NCBI GenBank assembly: GCA_963750165.1
Contig: CAVVPN010000003.1
Coordinates: 2,816,001-2,880,000 of the forward strand
From: an uncultured Gemmataceae bacterium
GTDB lineage: Bacteria; Planctomycetota; Planctomycetia; Gemmatales; Gemmataceae
Length of the DNA stretch: 64,000 nucleotides
Reading direction: 5' to 3'
How positions within the stretch are numbered: the first letter of the stretch is position 1; each line of letters begins with the position of its first letter. Positions 1 through 10,311 of this stretch are shown piece after piece. The position numbers and the translations under genes are program-made. The notes under the pieces are model-generated. The model saw only the letters and a list, made by a program, of their open reading frames with translations, searched no databases and was not told where the DNA came from.

Positions 1-85
1 TTACTGGAACAAAAACTCTGTCCCCTCGGGTCGTCGGCGACCCAGGGGTCTGCCTTCACTAACTCTCTACCTTGGGGGTCTGCCA

Positions 86-3000
86 GTGTTACGTTCTCTG
101 AATCGCGTGTGGTCCAAGCGAAAGAGCATGTTCCGGCGTCAAGGCGACGCAGTCACCCAGGCGCGCAAGCCGTTCCGCCCTGCCCTGGAAGCGCTCGAAG
201 GCCGTGTCGTTCCCGCCTTCGCCATCCGGGCGACCGAGTTCGACAGCCTCAAGAACGTGGTCGCTTCGAGCACGCAAACCAGCCCGAACGGCCCTGGCAG
301 CGCCTTCAACGCCATCTTCACTCTGCCGGATTTCAGCATCACCATCGTCGGCAACAACTCGAACATCGGCTCCACCTACGCCGCCCACAGCACCACGATC
401 AACATGCTGTACACCGGCCCGACCGGGGCCAACTCGGACAGCATTCTCATTGAGGTCCTGGGCGACAGCTATGTCACCCCCAGCGCTGGCCCGGCCCAAA
501 TCACCAGCAACGCCTCCCCCAGCACCTCCGGACTGCAGGCGAGCACTGTCACCATGACCAGCGGCGTGCTCAACGGCGACGTCGCGCTGTCGGGCACGCC
601 AGGCACCACGCTGAACGGCCAGTTGGGGCAGACGTTGGGGGCGGGCTCGGTCGGTACGGCGTCGAGCGTCCTGTTGCCCAACCCAACCGTGTCCGGTTCG
701 GTCTTCACGCTCGCCAACCCGTTCACGTTCTACCAGACCTACACGTTCGGCGGGTTTAACACCACCGGCCTGGCTGGTTCCATGTCGGCGGGCTCGGAGG
801 TCGATGCCGTCCCCAACGCGAACAACCCGCACATCGCCATCGTCAAGTTGACCAACGGTACCAACAATGATGACCCGCCCACCCCGGGTGTGCCGGACGG
901 CCCCATCGTGATGGTGGGTAGCACGGTCACCTGGACCTACAACGTCACCAACCCGGGCAACGAACCGATCGCCAACGTGAACGTCACCGATAACATCGCC
1001 GGGGTCAACCCACTGCCGGTGCTCTCGGGCGGCTTCAACGTCGGCGACACCAACGACAACGGCCTGCTCGACCCCGGCGAGACCTGGGTGTACACCGCCA
1101 CCGGCATCGCCACACTCGGCCAGTACAGCAACGTCGGCACCGTCACCGGCACCAGCACCATCACCAACACCCCCGTCGCTTCCGATAACCCCGACCACTA
1201 CTTCGGCGTTCCGGTCACCCCGACCATCACGACCCAGCAGACGCCGCTGATGGGCCCCGTCGGCACCTCGACCAACGACACGGCGATCGTCACCGGGTAC
1301 TACCCGACCGGGACGGTCACGTTCAACCTGTACGACAACCCGAACGGCACCGGCACCTCGTTGTTCACCGACACCGAGCCGTTGGTCATCACCCCCGAGG
1401 AGCCACTGGTCGGGGCGGCGACCTCGGCCGATTTTACGATCACTGCCCCCGGCACCTACTACTGGGTGGCCACCTACAACGGCGACAACCTGAACAACAA
1501 CCCGGTCACGAGCACGACGGACGGCGAGCCGGTGGTCGTCGCCACCCCGGCCATCAACATCGTCAAGCTGACCAACGGCACCAACAACGATAGCCCGCCC
1601 GTCGCCGGCACGCCCGACGGCCCCATCGTGCCGGTCGGCAGCACCGTCACCTGGACCTACAACGTCACCAACCCCGGCACGGAGCCGATCGCCAACGTCG
1701 CCGTCAGCGACAACATCGCGGGCGTCAACCCGACCCCGGTGCTCTCGGGCGGCTTCAACGTCGGCGACGCCAACGACAACGGTCTGCTCGACCCCGGCGA
1801 GACCTGGGAGTTCACTGCCAGCGGCACGGCCACCGCCGGCCAGTACAGCAACATCGGCACCGTCACCGGCACCAGCACCATCACCAACACGCCGGTCAGC
1901 GCCACCAATCCGGACCACTACTACGGCTACACGACGAATATCAACATCGTCAAGTTGACCAACGGCACCAACAACGACAACCCGCCAGTCGCGGGCGTGC
2001 CCGACGGCCCAACGGTGCCCGTGGGCAGCACGGTGACCTGGACCTACAACGTCACCACCACGGGCACCGTGCCACTCTCGAGCGTCGCCGTCAGCGACAA
2101 CATCGCGGGCGTCAACCCGACCCCGGTCCTCTCGGGCGGCTTCAACGTCGGCGACACCAACCACGACGGCCTGCTCGAGGCCGGTGAGACCTGGGAGTTC
2201 ACCGCCAGCGGCATCGCCACTGCCGGCCAGTACAGCAACATCGGCACCGCCACGGGCACGCCGGTGACGCCGACCGGCGGCACCATCCCGGGCGCCACGC
2301 CGGTCAGCGCCACCAACCCCGACCACTACTACGGCACGCTGTCGCTGGGCGACTTCGTCTGGAACGACGTGAACGCCAACGGCATCCAGGACAGCAGCGA
2401 CCTGACCAGCAACGGCATCAACGGCGTGCTCGTCGATCTCGAGAACAGCGGCGGCACCGTCATCGCCACCACCACCACGGGCAATAACCCGGTGGGCGGC
2501 GCCCCCGGCTACTACCAGTTCAGCGGCCTGCTGCAGGGCACCTACACCGTCGTCATCGACAGCAGCAACTTCACGGGCACCGGCGCCCTGGTCGGCTACA
2601 CCGCCACCCCCAGCATGGTCGCCGGCAGCACCACCGCTAACGACAGCAACGGCAGCCCGGCCAGCGTCACGCTGACCACGGCCAACGACGAGACCATCGA
2701 CTTCGGCTACTTCAAGCCGGGCATCAACATCGTCAAGCTGACCAACGGCACGAACAACGACAGCCCGCCCGTGGCGGGCACCCCTGACGGCCCGACGGTG
2801 CCGGTGGGCTCGACGGTGACCTGGACTTACAACGTCACCAACCCCACGGGCGTGGCCCTGAGCAGCGTCAGCGTCAGCGACAACATCGCGGGCGTCAACC
2901 CGACCCCGGTGCTCTCGGGCGGCTTCAACGTCGGCGACACCAACCACGACGGCCTGCTGGAGAACGGCGAAACCTGGGTGTTCACCGCCTCGGGCACCGC

Positions 3001-6000
3001 CATCGCCGGCCAGTACAGCAACATCGGCACCGCCACGGGCACGCCGGTGACCCCCACGGGCGGCACCATCCCGGGCGCCACCCCCGTCAGCGCCACCAAC
3101 CCGGACCACTACTACGGCACGCTGTCGCTCGGCGACTTCGTCTGGAACGACGTGAACGCCAACGGCATCCAGGACAGCAGCGACCTGACCAGCAACGGCA
3201 TCAACGGCGTGCTCGTCGATCTCGAGAACAGCGGCGGCACCGTCATCGCCACCACGACGACGGGCAATAACCCGGTCGGCGGCGCCCCCGGCTACTACCA
3301 GTTCAGCGGCCTGCTCCAGGGCAGCTACACCGTCGTCATCGACAGCAGCAACTTCGCCAGCGGCGGCGCCCTGGCCAGCTACACGGCCACGCCGAGCATG
3401 GTTGCCGGCAGCACCACCGCCAACGACAGCAACGGCAGCCCGGCCGCCGTCACGCTGACCACGGCCAACGACGAGACCATCGACTTCGGCTACTTCAAGC
3501 CGGGCATCAACATCGTCAAGTTGACCAACGGCACCAATAACGACAGTCCGCCCGTCGCCGGCACGCCCGACGGCCCGACGGTGCCGGTGGGCTCGACGGT
3601 GACCTGGACCTACAACGTCACCAACCCCACGGGCGTGGCGCTGAGCAGCGTCAGCGTCAGCGACAACATCGCGGGCGTCAACCCGACCCCGGTGCTCTCG
3701 GGCGGCTTCAACGTCGGCGACACCAACCACGACGGCCTGCTGGAAATGGGCGAGACCTGGGTGTTCACCGCCACAGGCATCGCACAAGCCGGCCAGTACA
3801 GCAACATCGGCACCGCCACCGGTACCCCGGTGACCCCCACGGGCGGCACCATCCCGGGCGCCACGCCGGTCAGCGCCACCAACCCCGACCACTACTACGG
3901 CACGCTGTCGGTCGGCGACTTCGTCTGGAACGACGTCAACGCCAACGGCATCCAGGACAGCAGCGACCTGACCAGCAACGGCATCAACGGCGTGCTCGTC
4001 GATCTGAAGAACAGCAGCGGCACCGTCATCGCCACCACCACCACGGGCAATAACCCGGTGGGCGGCGCCCCCGGCTACTACCAGTTCAGCGGCCTGCTGC
4101 AGGGCACCTACACCGTCGTCATCGACAGCAGCAACTTCAACACCGGCGGCCCCCTGGCCGGCTACACGGCCACGCCGAGCATGGTCGCCGGCAGCACCCC
4201 CGCCAACGACAGCAACGGCAGCCCGGCCAGCGTCACGCTGTCCACGGCCAACGACGAGACCATCGACTTCGGCTATCACATTGCGGGAACACCGAACCTC
4301 GGTATCGTCAAGACGGCGGACCAGGTCACGATCACTGGTGGGCAAACGGCCGGCTACACGGTCACCATCACCAACACCGGCACGGCCACGGACACCAACG
4401 TCACGCTGACCGACCCGCTGCCGCCCGGGGTGGGCGGCGACATCAACTGGACGATCGACACCTCGGGGACCGGTCACGGAGCAGGCACCAATCCGGCGGA
4501 CTTCCATATTACCGGAGCGGTGGGCAGTCAGTCCCTCAGCCTGTCCCCAGCGTTTATCTCGGGGGGAGACAGCCTGGCCCCCGGCCAGAGCATCGCCGTC
4601 CATATCACCAGCCCGACCACCGTCGCCGACAGCAGCGGTGGCGGCAACGGCACCACGTTCTCCGGTGCGTCTGCCATCCTGGGTGCCGCCGTCAACTACA
4701 CGGTGCTGTATGAAGGGATTAGTGGCCCCAACTTCCAGGTCAGCAACAGCAGCGTCTACGGTAACATCGGCATCGGCGGCACCGGACACGCCCAGCTCAG
4801 CGGTCCGGGGACCATCGGCGGCCGGATCGATTTCTCGGCCGCGAACACCGGCCAGTACTCGGCGAGCAACACGTCGGGCATCACCTCCGTTAACTACAAC
4901 GTCTCGGCGGTGTCGAGTGCTCTGACCACGGTCAACAGCCTCAGCTCCGCCCTCGGCGCTGTCTCGGGGACTTCGCTCACCCTGAACGGAAACACGACGG
5001 TCAACGCGAGCGCCGGCCATCTGGCCACCGTCAACGGGACCACCTTCCTGGTCTTCAACATCGCGTCCTACAGCGAGGGCAACGGCAACGTCGTCACCAT
5101 CAACGGCGACGGGTCCGGCGACCCGGTGGTGTTCAACTTCACCGCCAACAGCAACATCCAACTCGGCGGCGACGTCACCCTGAACGGCCTCAGCGACGAC
5201 CAGGTGATCTGGAATTTCACTTCCACCGGCCAGAATCTCCAGCTCAATAACAACGCCTCGAGCTACCCCAACGCGGCCTTCCAGGGCATCATCCTCGCCC
5301 CCAACGACAAAATCCAGTTGACGAACTCGAACCTGATGGGCCGCGTCTTCGGCGGCGGCAACCAGGACTTTCAGATCAACTCCGGCAACACGGTCAACGG
5401 TCCCCCCGTTTCGCTGGTCAACACGGCCACGGTCAGCGCCACGGGCGTGTCGCCGAAACAATCCACGGCAACGATCTACATCACCGTGGGGCAGGAGGGC
5501 CGCCAGACCCCCCCGACGGCCACCATCAGTGGCGTCAAGTTCCTCGACCTGACCGGCAACGGTTTCTCCGCCGACGACACCCCGCTGGGCGGGGTCACCA
5601 TCCAGCTGTACGAGGACATGAACGGCGACGGAGTGCTGACCGCCGCTGACGGGGCGCCGGTGGCCACCACGACCACCGGGGCACACGACGGGACCTTCTC
5701 CTTCACCGTGACCCCGGGCACCTACTTCGTGAAGGAGGTGGTGCCGACCGGCTACATCCAGACTGGGGGCGGGCCCAACGGCTCGGCCGGGGCGACCTAC
5801 TACACCGTGACCTTCACCGGGAGCGGCGCGACCACCTTTACCGGCAATAACTTCGACGACTTCCAGGTGCCGACCTGCACCCCCACCAATGTCAGCTTCT
5901 GCGTCACCAACAACTGCTACCATACGACGGTCAGCGACCTGCGCGGCAACACCCAGCAAGGGGACACGGTGACGGTGACGTTTACCGTCACCCCCGGGAT

Positions 6001-8752
6001 GAACGACACCCTCACTCTGGTGAGCTACACCGCGCCAGGTTCGAGCTTCGACTCCACGACCGCCTACCAGCAGCAGATCTTTGACGAGGCCACGGGGACG
6101 TTCGGACCCGGAACCCACTCGTTGACGGTGCTGATCCCGAATTGCTACTACCAGATCGACTTCGTCTGCGGTCAGGCGATCAACGTGCTGGGACCGCAGA
6201 ACTATGGCCCCGACAGCGCTAACATTTTCTACACGCCCCAGGACCGCCTGCTCAGCGCCGATAACGGCGGCACGCAGGCGTGCTCGACCCATACGGTTTG
6301 CTCCGGCGACTACTCGAAGTGCAGTTACTGGGGCACCTCGACCGGCCAGCACGTGATCGATTGCTTCAACGGCAACTCCGGTTCGACCTGCCTGGCTCAG
6401 TGGCTGGCCACCTGCTTCCCGAACCTGTATGGGTCCGGCACCGGCAGCCATTGCCTGGTCAACTCCAATGGCAGCTACTGCTCCGACAGTCAGGTGGCGT
6501 ACGCCTACACGCACTGCTTCAGCGGCAACGATCAGCAGGTGCTGTCAGCGGCCCTGTCCTGCTATGCCACGAGTATCAACCTCACCTGCACCAACATCCA
6601 CAACGTCGATTACCACTTCACGACATCGCTGCCCGGCTCCGGCATGGACACTTACAGCGTCGGCAACAACGGCAGCGCGTTCGGTCTGGCGAACAACACC
6701 ACCACGACGGTGATGCAACTCCTGATGAACCTCAACGCCTGCACCAGCGCCGGAGCGTCCGTGTCTGCGGGGGCCGGCCAGTGCTTTAGCGGCATCAACA
6801 ACACCGGCAACGTCACCAACGCGGCGCCGTCCACTGCCGGCGTGTCCTACACCCCGGCCCAGGTGCGGGCCGCCTACGGTGTCAACAACCTCGCCCTGGA
6901 CGGCACCGGCCAGACCATCGCCATCGTGGACGCCTACGACGACCCGTCCATCCTCACCGCCCTGGACACCTTCGACGCCCAGTTTTCGCTGACGGCCTCC
7001 GGCTCGACGCTGTACGACCAGTACGGTGCGGCCGCGTCGTTCCTGACGGTGGTGAACCAGTCCGGCCAGACGCGCAGCCTGCCCGCCACCGACCCGACCG
7101 GCGGTTGGGAAGTGGAAGAGGCGCTCGACGTGGAATGGATTCACGCCATGGCCCCCGGCGCCCAGATCGTCCTGGTCGAGGCCAACAGCCAGTCGCTGGC
7201 CGACCTGATGGGCAGCGTGGCCACGGCCGCCAGCCTGCCCAACGTGTCGGTGGTGTCGATGAGCTGGGGCTACACCGAAGGCGCGTCCGTCCTCGCCCAG
7301 GACGAGGCGGCCTACGACGCGGACCTGACGACGCCGGCCGGCCACCAGGGCGTCACCTTCGTGGCCAGCACCGGCGACTACGGCACCGACGACCCCGAGT
7401 ACCCGGCCTTCTCGCCGAACGTCGTGGCCGTCGGCGGCACGTCGCTGACCCTCAACAGCAACAACTCCTACAGCAGCGAAACGGGCTGGGGCTACAACTC
7501 CAGCAGCGCGGGGACGTTCATCGGCGGCGGCGGCGGCGTCAGCCAGTTCGAGGCCGAGCCGGCCTATCAGCAGAGCGTCCAGTCCACGGGTTATCGGACC
7601 ACGCCCGACGTGTCCTTCGTGGCCGACCCGGGCACGGGCGTCTGGGTCGCCGACCCGTACAACCTGTCCGCGGACAACCCGTGGGAGGTCGTGGGCGGCA
7701 CCAGCCTGTCGGCGCCCAGCTGGGCGGGCCTGTTCGCCCTGGCCAACCAGGGGCGAGCGGAAGCTGGCCAGGCAACCCTCGGCACCACCACGCCGAACCA
7801 GGCCCAGCAAGCCCTGTACACGCTGCCACTGGGCGATTTCAACGACGTCACCACTGGCACCAACGGTTACAACGCCGGCCCCGGCTACGACCTGGTGACC
7901 GGCCTGGGCACTCCGGTGGCCGGCCAGCTGGTGCCCGACCTGGTCGCCTTCACCACGGCCGGCACGTCGCCGCGCACGGTGACTGTGACCGCGAGTGTCG
8001 GCAGCGGCAGTCTCGGGGACTACAGCAGCATCAACGCGATGCACAACGCCATCAACGTCTTCGACGCCCAGGTGGCGGGGACGACGGGGCTGACCTTCCG
8101 GGACAGCCTGAACCAGTCCGCGCTGGCGTCCACGAGCCCGGCCCTCGACCTGAGTGTGCTGCCGAAGCCGGTCGCGGCTGCTCCGGTGAGTGCGCTCACG
8201 GTCGCGCCGACCCTGGCGGTCAGCCCGCTGGCGATCACCACGGCGAACGGCAACGTGACGCTGCTGCAGCTGCCGGTGGTCGTTTCCCAGGGGATCACGC
8301 TGCCGACCGCGGTTGCCAGTGCCCACGAGACTGGCATCCAGGTGGTCAGCCAGGCTCCGGTCAGCCCGATCTCGGTTGGTCTGGTCCAGGCCCCGCAGCA
8401 GGTCGCCAGCCAGTCCGCGGAGCTGTTCGCCGAACTGGCCCGCGGTCGTGCCAATAATGTCGATGCTCTCTGGCAGCAGGACGAGCTGATCGTGCCGGCG
8501 GCGGACGCCCGGGAGCCGCTGACGACCTTCGGCAGTGAGGCGCCGGCCGAGGAACAGGTGCTGGACAGCATCTTCGGCAGCCTGGCCACGGACAACGCTG
8601 ACGAGGCCCTGGTGCTGGCCCCCGGCATCCGCGAGGTGGACGCGGCCTGTGCCGTGAGTCTCGCCTGGCTGGCCCTGTCGGCGTCGGCGGAAGACGAGCG
8701 GAACAGCCGCAAGTCCTCCGGGTTGCCCCAGGGGCGTTCGCCGAAGGTGTGA
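86..8752 (+). CDS. Giant planctomycete extracellular protein: LExLExR leader, Ig-like repeats (DUF7507/DUF11-like, SdrD-B-like), beta-solenoid insert, Cys-rich region, C-terminal S53 (sedolisin/kumamolisin) peptidase
   Basis: 2888-aa ORF; N-terminal RPALEALEGRVVP; repeats IVKLTNG...VTWTYNVTN...GDTNxDGLLxxGETW and LGDFVWNDVNANGIQD...TIDFGY; S53 motifs EEALD, ASTGD, GGTSLSAP, GYDLVTGLG. Confidence 0.9.
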   Translation: MLRSLNRVWSKRKSMFRRQGDAVTQARKPFRPALEALEGRVVPAFAIRATEFDSLKNVVASSTQTSPNGPGSAFNAIFTLPDFSITIVGNNSNIGSTYAAHSTTINMLYTGPTGANSDSILIEVLGDSYVTPSAGPAQITSNASPSTSGLQASTVTMTSGVLNGDVALSGTPGTTLNGQLGQTLGAGSVGTASSVLLPNPTVSGSVFTLANPFTFYQTYTFGGFNTTGLAGSMSAGSEVDAVPNANNPHIAIVKLTNGTNNDDPPTPGVPDGPIVMVGSTVTWTYNVTNPGNEPIANVNVTDNIAGVNPLPVLSGGFNVGDTNDNGLLDPGETWVYTATGIATLGQYSNVGTVTGTSTITNTPVASDNPDHYFGVPVTPTITTQQTPLMGPVGTSTNDTAIVTGYYPTGTVTFNLYDNPNGTGTSLFTDTEPLVITPEEPLVGAATSADFTITAPGTYYWVATYNGDNLNNNPVTSTTDGEPVVVATPAINIVKLTNGTNNDSPPVAGTPDGPIVPVGSTVTWTYNVTNPGTEPIANVAVSDNIAGVNPTPVLSGGFNVGDANDNGLLDPGETWEFTASGTATAGQYSNIGTVTGTSTITNTPVSATNPDHYYGYTTNINIVKLTNGTNNDNPPVAGVPDGPTVPVGSTVTWTYNVTTTGTVPLSSVAVSDNIAGVNPTPVLSGGFNVGDTNHDGLLEAGETWEFTASGIATAGQYSNIGTATGTPVTPTGGTIPGATPVSATNPDHYYGTLSLGDFVWNDVNANGIQDSSDLTSNGINGVLVDLENSGGTVIATTTTGNNPVGGAPGYYQFSGLLQGTYTVVIDSSNFTGTGALVGYTATPSMVAGSTTANDSNGSPASVTLTTANDETIDFGYFKPGINIVKLTNGTNNDSPPVAGTPDGPTVPVGSTVTWTYNVTNPTGVALSSVSVSDNIAGVNPTPVLSGGFNVGDTNHDGLLENGETWVFTASGTAIAGQYSNIGTATGTPVTPTGGTIPGATPVSATNPDHYYGTLSLGDFVWNDVNANGIQDSSDLTSNGINGVLVDLENSGGTVIATTTTGNNPVGGAPGYYQFSGLLQGSYTVVIDSSNFASGGALASYTATPSMVAGSTTANDSNGSPAAVTLTTANDETIDFGYFKPGINIVKLTNGTNNDSPPVAGTPDGPTVPVGSTVTWTYNVTNPTGVALSSVSVSDNIAGVNPTPVLSGGFNVGDTNHDGLLEMGETWVFTATGIAQAGQYSNIGTATGTPVTPTGGTIPGATPVSATNPDHYYGTLSVGDFVWNDVNANGIQDSSDLTSNGINGVLVDLKNSSGTVIATTTTGNNPVGGAPGYYQFSGLLQGTYTVVIDSSNFNTGGPLAGYTATPSMVAGSTPANDSNGSPASVTLSTANDETIDFGYHIAGTPNLGIVKTADQVTITGGQTAGYTVTITNTGTATDTNVTLTDPLPPGVGGDINWTIDTSGTGHGAGTNPADFHITGAVGSQSLSLSPAFISGGDSLAPGQSIAVHITSPTTVADSSGGGNGTTFSGASAILGAAVNYTVLYEGISGPNFQVSNSSVYGNIGIGGTGHAQLSGPGTIGGRIDFSAANTGQYSASNTSGITSVNYNVSAVSSALTTVNSLSSALGAVSGTSLTLNGNTTVNASAGHLATVNGTTFLVFNIASYSEGNGNVVTINGDGSGDPVVFNFTANSNIQLGGDVTLNGLSDDQVIWNFTSTGQNLQLNNNASSYPNAAFQGIILAPNDKIQLTNSNLMGRVFGGGNQDFQINSGNTVNGPPVSLVNTATVSATGVSPKQSTATIYITVGQEGRQTPPTATISGVKFLDLTGNGFSADDTPLGGVTIQLYEDMNGDGVLTAADGAPVATTTTGAHDGTFSFTVTPGTYFVKEVVPTGYIQTGGGPNGSAGATYYTVTFTGSGATTFTGNNFDDFQVPTCTPTNVSFCVTNNCYHTTVSDLRGNTQQGDTVTVTFTVTPGMNDTLTLVSYTAPGSSFDSTTAYQQQIFDEATGTFGPGTHSLTVLIPNCYYQIDFVCGQAINVLGPQNYGPDSANIFYTPQDRLLSADNGGTQACSTHTVCSGDYSKCSYWGTSTGQHVIDCFNGNSGSTCLAQWLATCFPNLYGSGTGSHCLVNSNGSYCSDSQVAYAYTHCFSGNDQQVLSAALSCYATSINLTCTNIHNVDYHFTTSLPGSGMDTYSVGNNGSAFGLANNTTTTVMQLLMNLNACTSAGASVSAGAGQCFSGINNTGNVTNAAPSTAGVSYTPAQVRAAYGVNNLALDGTGQTIAIVDAYDDPSILTALDTFDAQFSLTASGSTLYDQYGAAASFLTVVNQSGQTRSLPATDPTGGWEVEEALDVEWIHAMAPGAQIVLVEANSQSLADLMGSVATAASLPNVSVVSMSWGYTEGASVLAQDEAAYDADLTTPAGHQGVTFVASTGDYGTDDPEYPAFSPNVVAVGGTSLTLNSNNSYSSETGWGYNSSSAGTFIGGGGGVSQFEAEPAYQQSVQSTGYRTTPDVSFVADPGTGVWVADPYNLSADNPWEVVGGTSLSAPSWAGLFALANQGRAEAGQATLGTTTPNQAQQALYTLPLGDFNDVTTGTNGYNAGPGYDLVTGLGTPVAGQLVPDLVAFTTAGTSPRTVTVTASVGSGSLGDYSSINAMHNAINVFDAQVAGTTGLTFRDSLNQSALASTSPALDLSVLPKPVAAAPVSALTVAPTLAVSPLAITTANGNVTLLQLPVVVSQGITLPTAVASAHETGIQVVSQAPVSPISVGLVQAPQQVASQSAELFAELARGRANNVDALWQQDELIVPAADAREPLTTFGSEAPAEEQVLDSIFGSLATDNADEALVLAPGIREVDAACAVSLAWLALSASAEDERNSRKSSGLPQGRSPKV
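1940..4280 (+). repeat. Intragenic tandem triplication, 783-nt period
   Basis: ATCAACATCGTCAAG recurs at 1940, 2723 and 3506 with near-identical downstream sequence; two more A-type modules at ~836-1207 and ~1553-1927. Confidence 0.95.
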
Positions 8753-9162
8753 TGCTTGAGTCCCATCCACGGGTTATGTCCGGCCGGGGCCGTTCGGTTC
8801 TTCTCCCTTCCCCTCGCGGAAGAGAAAGGATTGAACGGCCCCAGCCGATATGTCAACTCTGGTTGACAGCCCCACAACACACTGCTGTAAACCGCGCGCT
8901 TTGCCAGACGGATGGGCTCGGTTCGGCGGCGGCATCGAGCCGGTGATCGGAAAAGTCGATGAAACGCAACTTGTTCATAAATAAGGGATTGTAGCTTACA
9001 AGTTGACCCGTGGAGGAAGGCCAGCCCCGTTGGCCCGACGTTTGCTCTACACGGGGGAGACTCAAGCGCCAGGCGAGTGGAACAGTGTACGGCCTCGGAG
9101 GCTGAAACCGCGCACGGCGCCCCTCGGGGCGCTGCAACCGCAGGCCCCGGACATCTGAAGGG

Positions 9163-10311
9163 ATGGCCGCATTCGGTGAGTACCGTCACCTACCTTCCGA
9201 CCGCGTTCCCCTGTCACCCCTGCCTGTTCTGCCGAGTGCCCGGTGCGAGCTGCTGACGGTCGGCCATGTTGAGGAGCCAGCTTTGACCACGCGCATCGTT
9301 CCCGACCCGGATCAACAACTCGCCAGCGCCGCCGCGCCGGCGGTGAGTCCGTTGCGGGCCATCCTGAGCTTCGACGTGGAGGAGCACTTCCGCATCGAGG
9401 CGGCGGCGGGCCTGGCCATCAACCCGGGACTGCGGGCGCAATACTGCGAACGCCTGGTGCCCTCGACCCAGTGGCTGCTCGATCAGCTGGAGCAGGCCCA
9501 GATTCGGGCGACGTTCTTCATCGTGGGCCAGATCGCGCGGGACAACCCGACCCTGGTGCGGGCCATCCACGAGGCCGGCCACGAGGTGGCGAGCCACGGC
9601 TGGGACCACCAGCGCGTCCTGAACCTGACGCCGGCGACGTTCCGCGCGGACATCCGCCAGAGCAAGGACGCCCTGGAGCAGGTCACGGGCGAAGCGGTGG
9701 TCGGCTACCGGGCGCCGACGTTCAGCGTCATGCGCCAGACGGCCTGGGCCCTGGACGTGCTGGTGGAACAGGGCATCACCTACGACTCCTCGATCTATCC
9801 GGTGCGGCACGACCGCTACGGCGTGCCGGGGGCGCCGCGGGGCCCCTTCCGCGCCCGCGGCGAACAGCACGAAATCCTCGAAATCCCACCACTGACCTGG
9901 CGCGTCCTGGGGACGAACGTTCCGGTCGGCGGCGGCGGTTACTTCCGGCTGCTACCGCTGGCCTTGCTGCAGCGTGCCCTGGCCCAGGTGCGTGACGGCT
10001 GCGACCCGCCGGTGGCCATGCTGTACTTCCACCCCTGGGAGTTCGACCCGGGCCAACCGCGGCTGCCCCTGGGCCGCCTGAGCGCGTTCCGCACCTACGT
10101 GGGCATTTACCGCAGCCGCGCCCGGCTGCAGCCACTGCTGCGGGGCCATCACTGGGCCCGGGCCGTGGACGTGGCCGAGCAACTCGACAAACAGTGGGCA
10201 CTGTTGCCGACGTTTGACGTCACCGCCCGCGGGGAGCAGAATGGGCAAGCCGTCTCTCCCGTTCGCCCGGCGGAGTTCTGGATGCCTGTTCCTTGCCCGG
10301 AAGGAGGGTAA
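9163..10311 (+). CDS. Polysaccharide deacetylase, PEP-CTERM/XrtA-locus type (DUF3473 C-terminus); true start probably further downstream (~9283)
   Basis: SFDVEE, ATFFIVG, HEVASHG, GYRAPTFS, YDSSIYP, GGGYFRLLP, YFHPWEFDP motifs. Confidence 0.9.
   Translation: MAAFGEYRHLPSDRVPLSPLPVLPSARCELLTVGHVEEPALTTRIVPDPDQQLASAAAPAVSPLRAILSFDVEEHFRIEAAAGLAINPGLRAQYCERLVPSTQWLLDQLEQAQIRATFFIVGQIARDNPTLVRAIHEAGHEVASHGWDHQRVLNLTPATFRADIRQSKDALEQVTGEAVVGYRAPTFSVMRQTAWALDVLVEQGITYDSSIYPVRHDRYGVPGAPRGPFRARGEQHEILEIPPLTWRVLGTNVPVGGGGYFRLLPLALLQRALAQVRDGCDPPVAMLYFHPWEFDPGQPRLPLGRLSAFRTYVGIYRSRARLQPLLRGHHWARAVDVAEQLDKQWALLPTFDVTARGEQNGQAVSPVRPAEFWMPVPCPEGG

Noticed and set aside
1940..4280. Repeats as a CRISPR array or mobile element
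   Set aside because: In-frame 783-nt coding repeats with no short repeat-spacer structure and no cas genes
89..8770. Very long antisense ORFs (2141 aa and 741 aa) opposite the giant gene, and similar ones at 37591-40857 and 47448-49880
   Set aside because: Shadow ORFs caused by strong GC3 bias on the coding strand; the translations lack recognisable motifs
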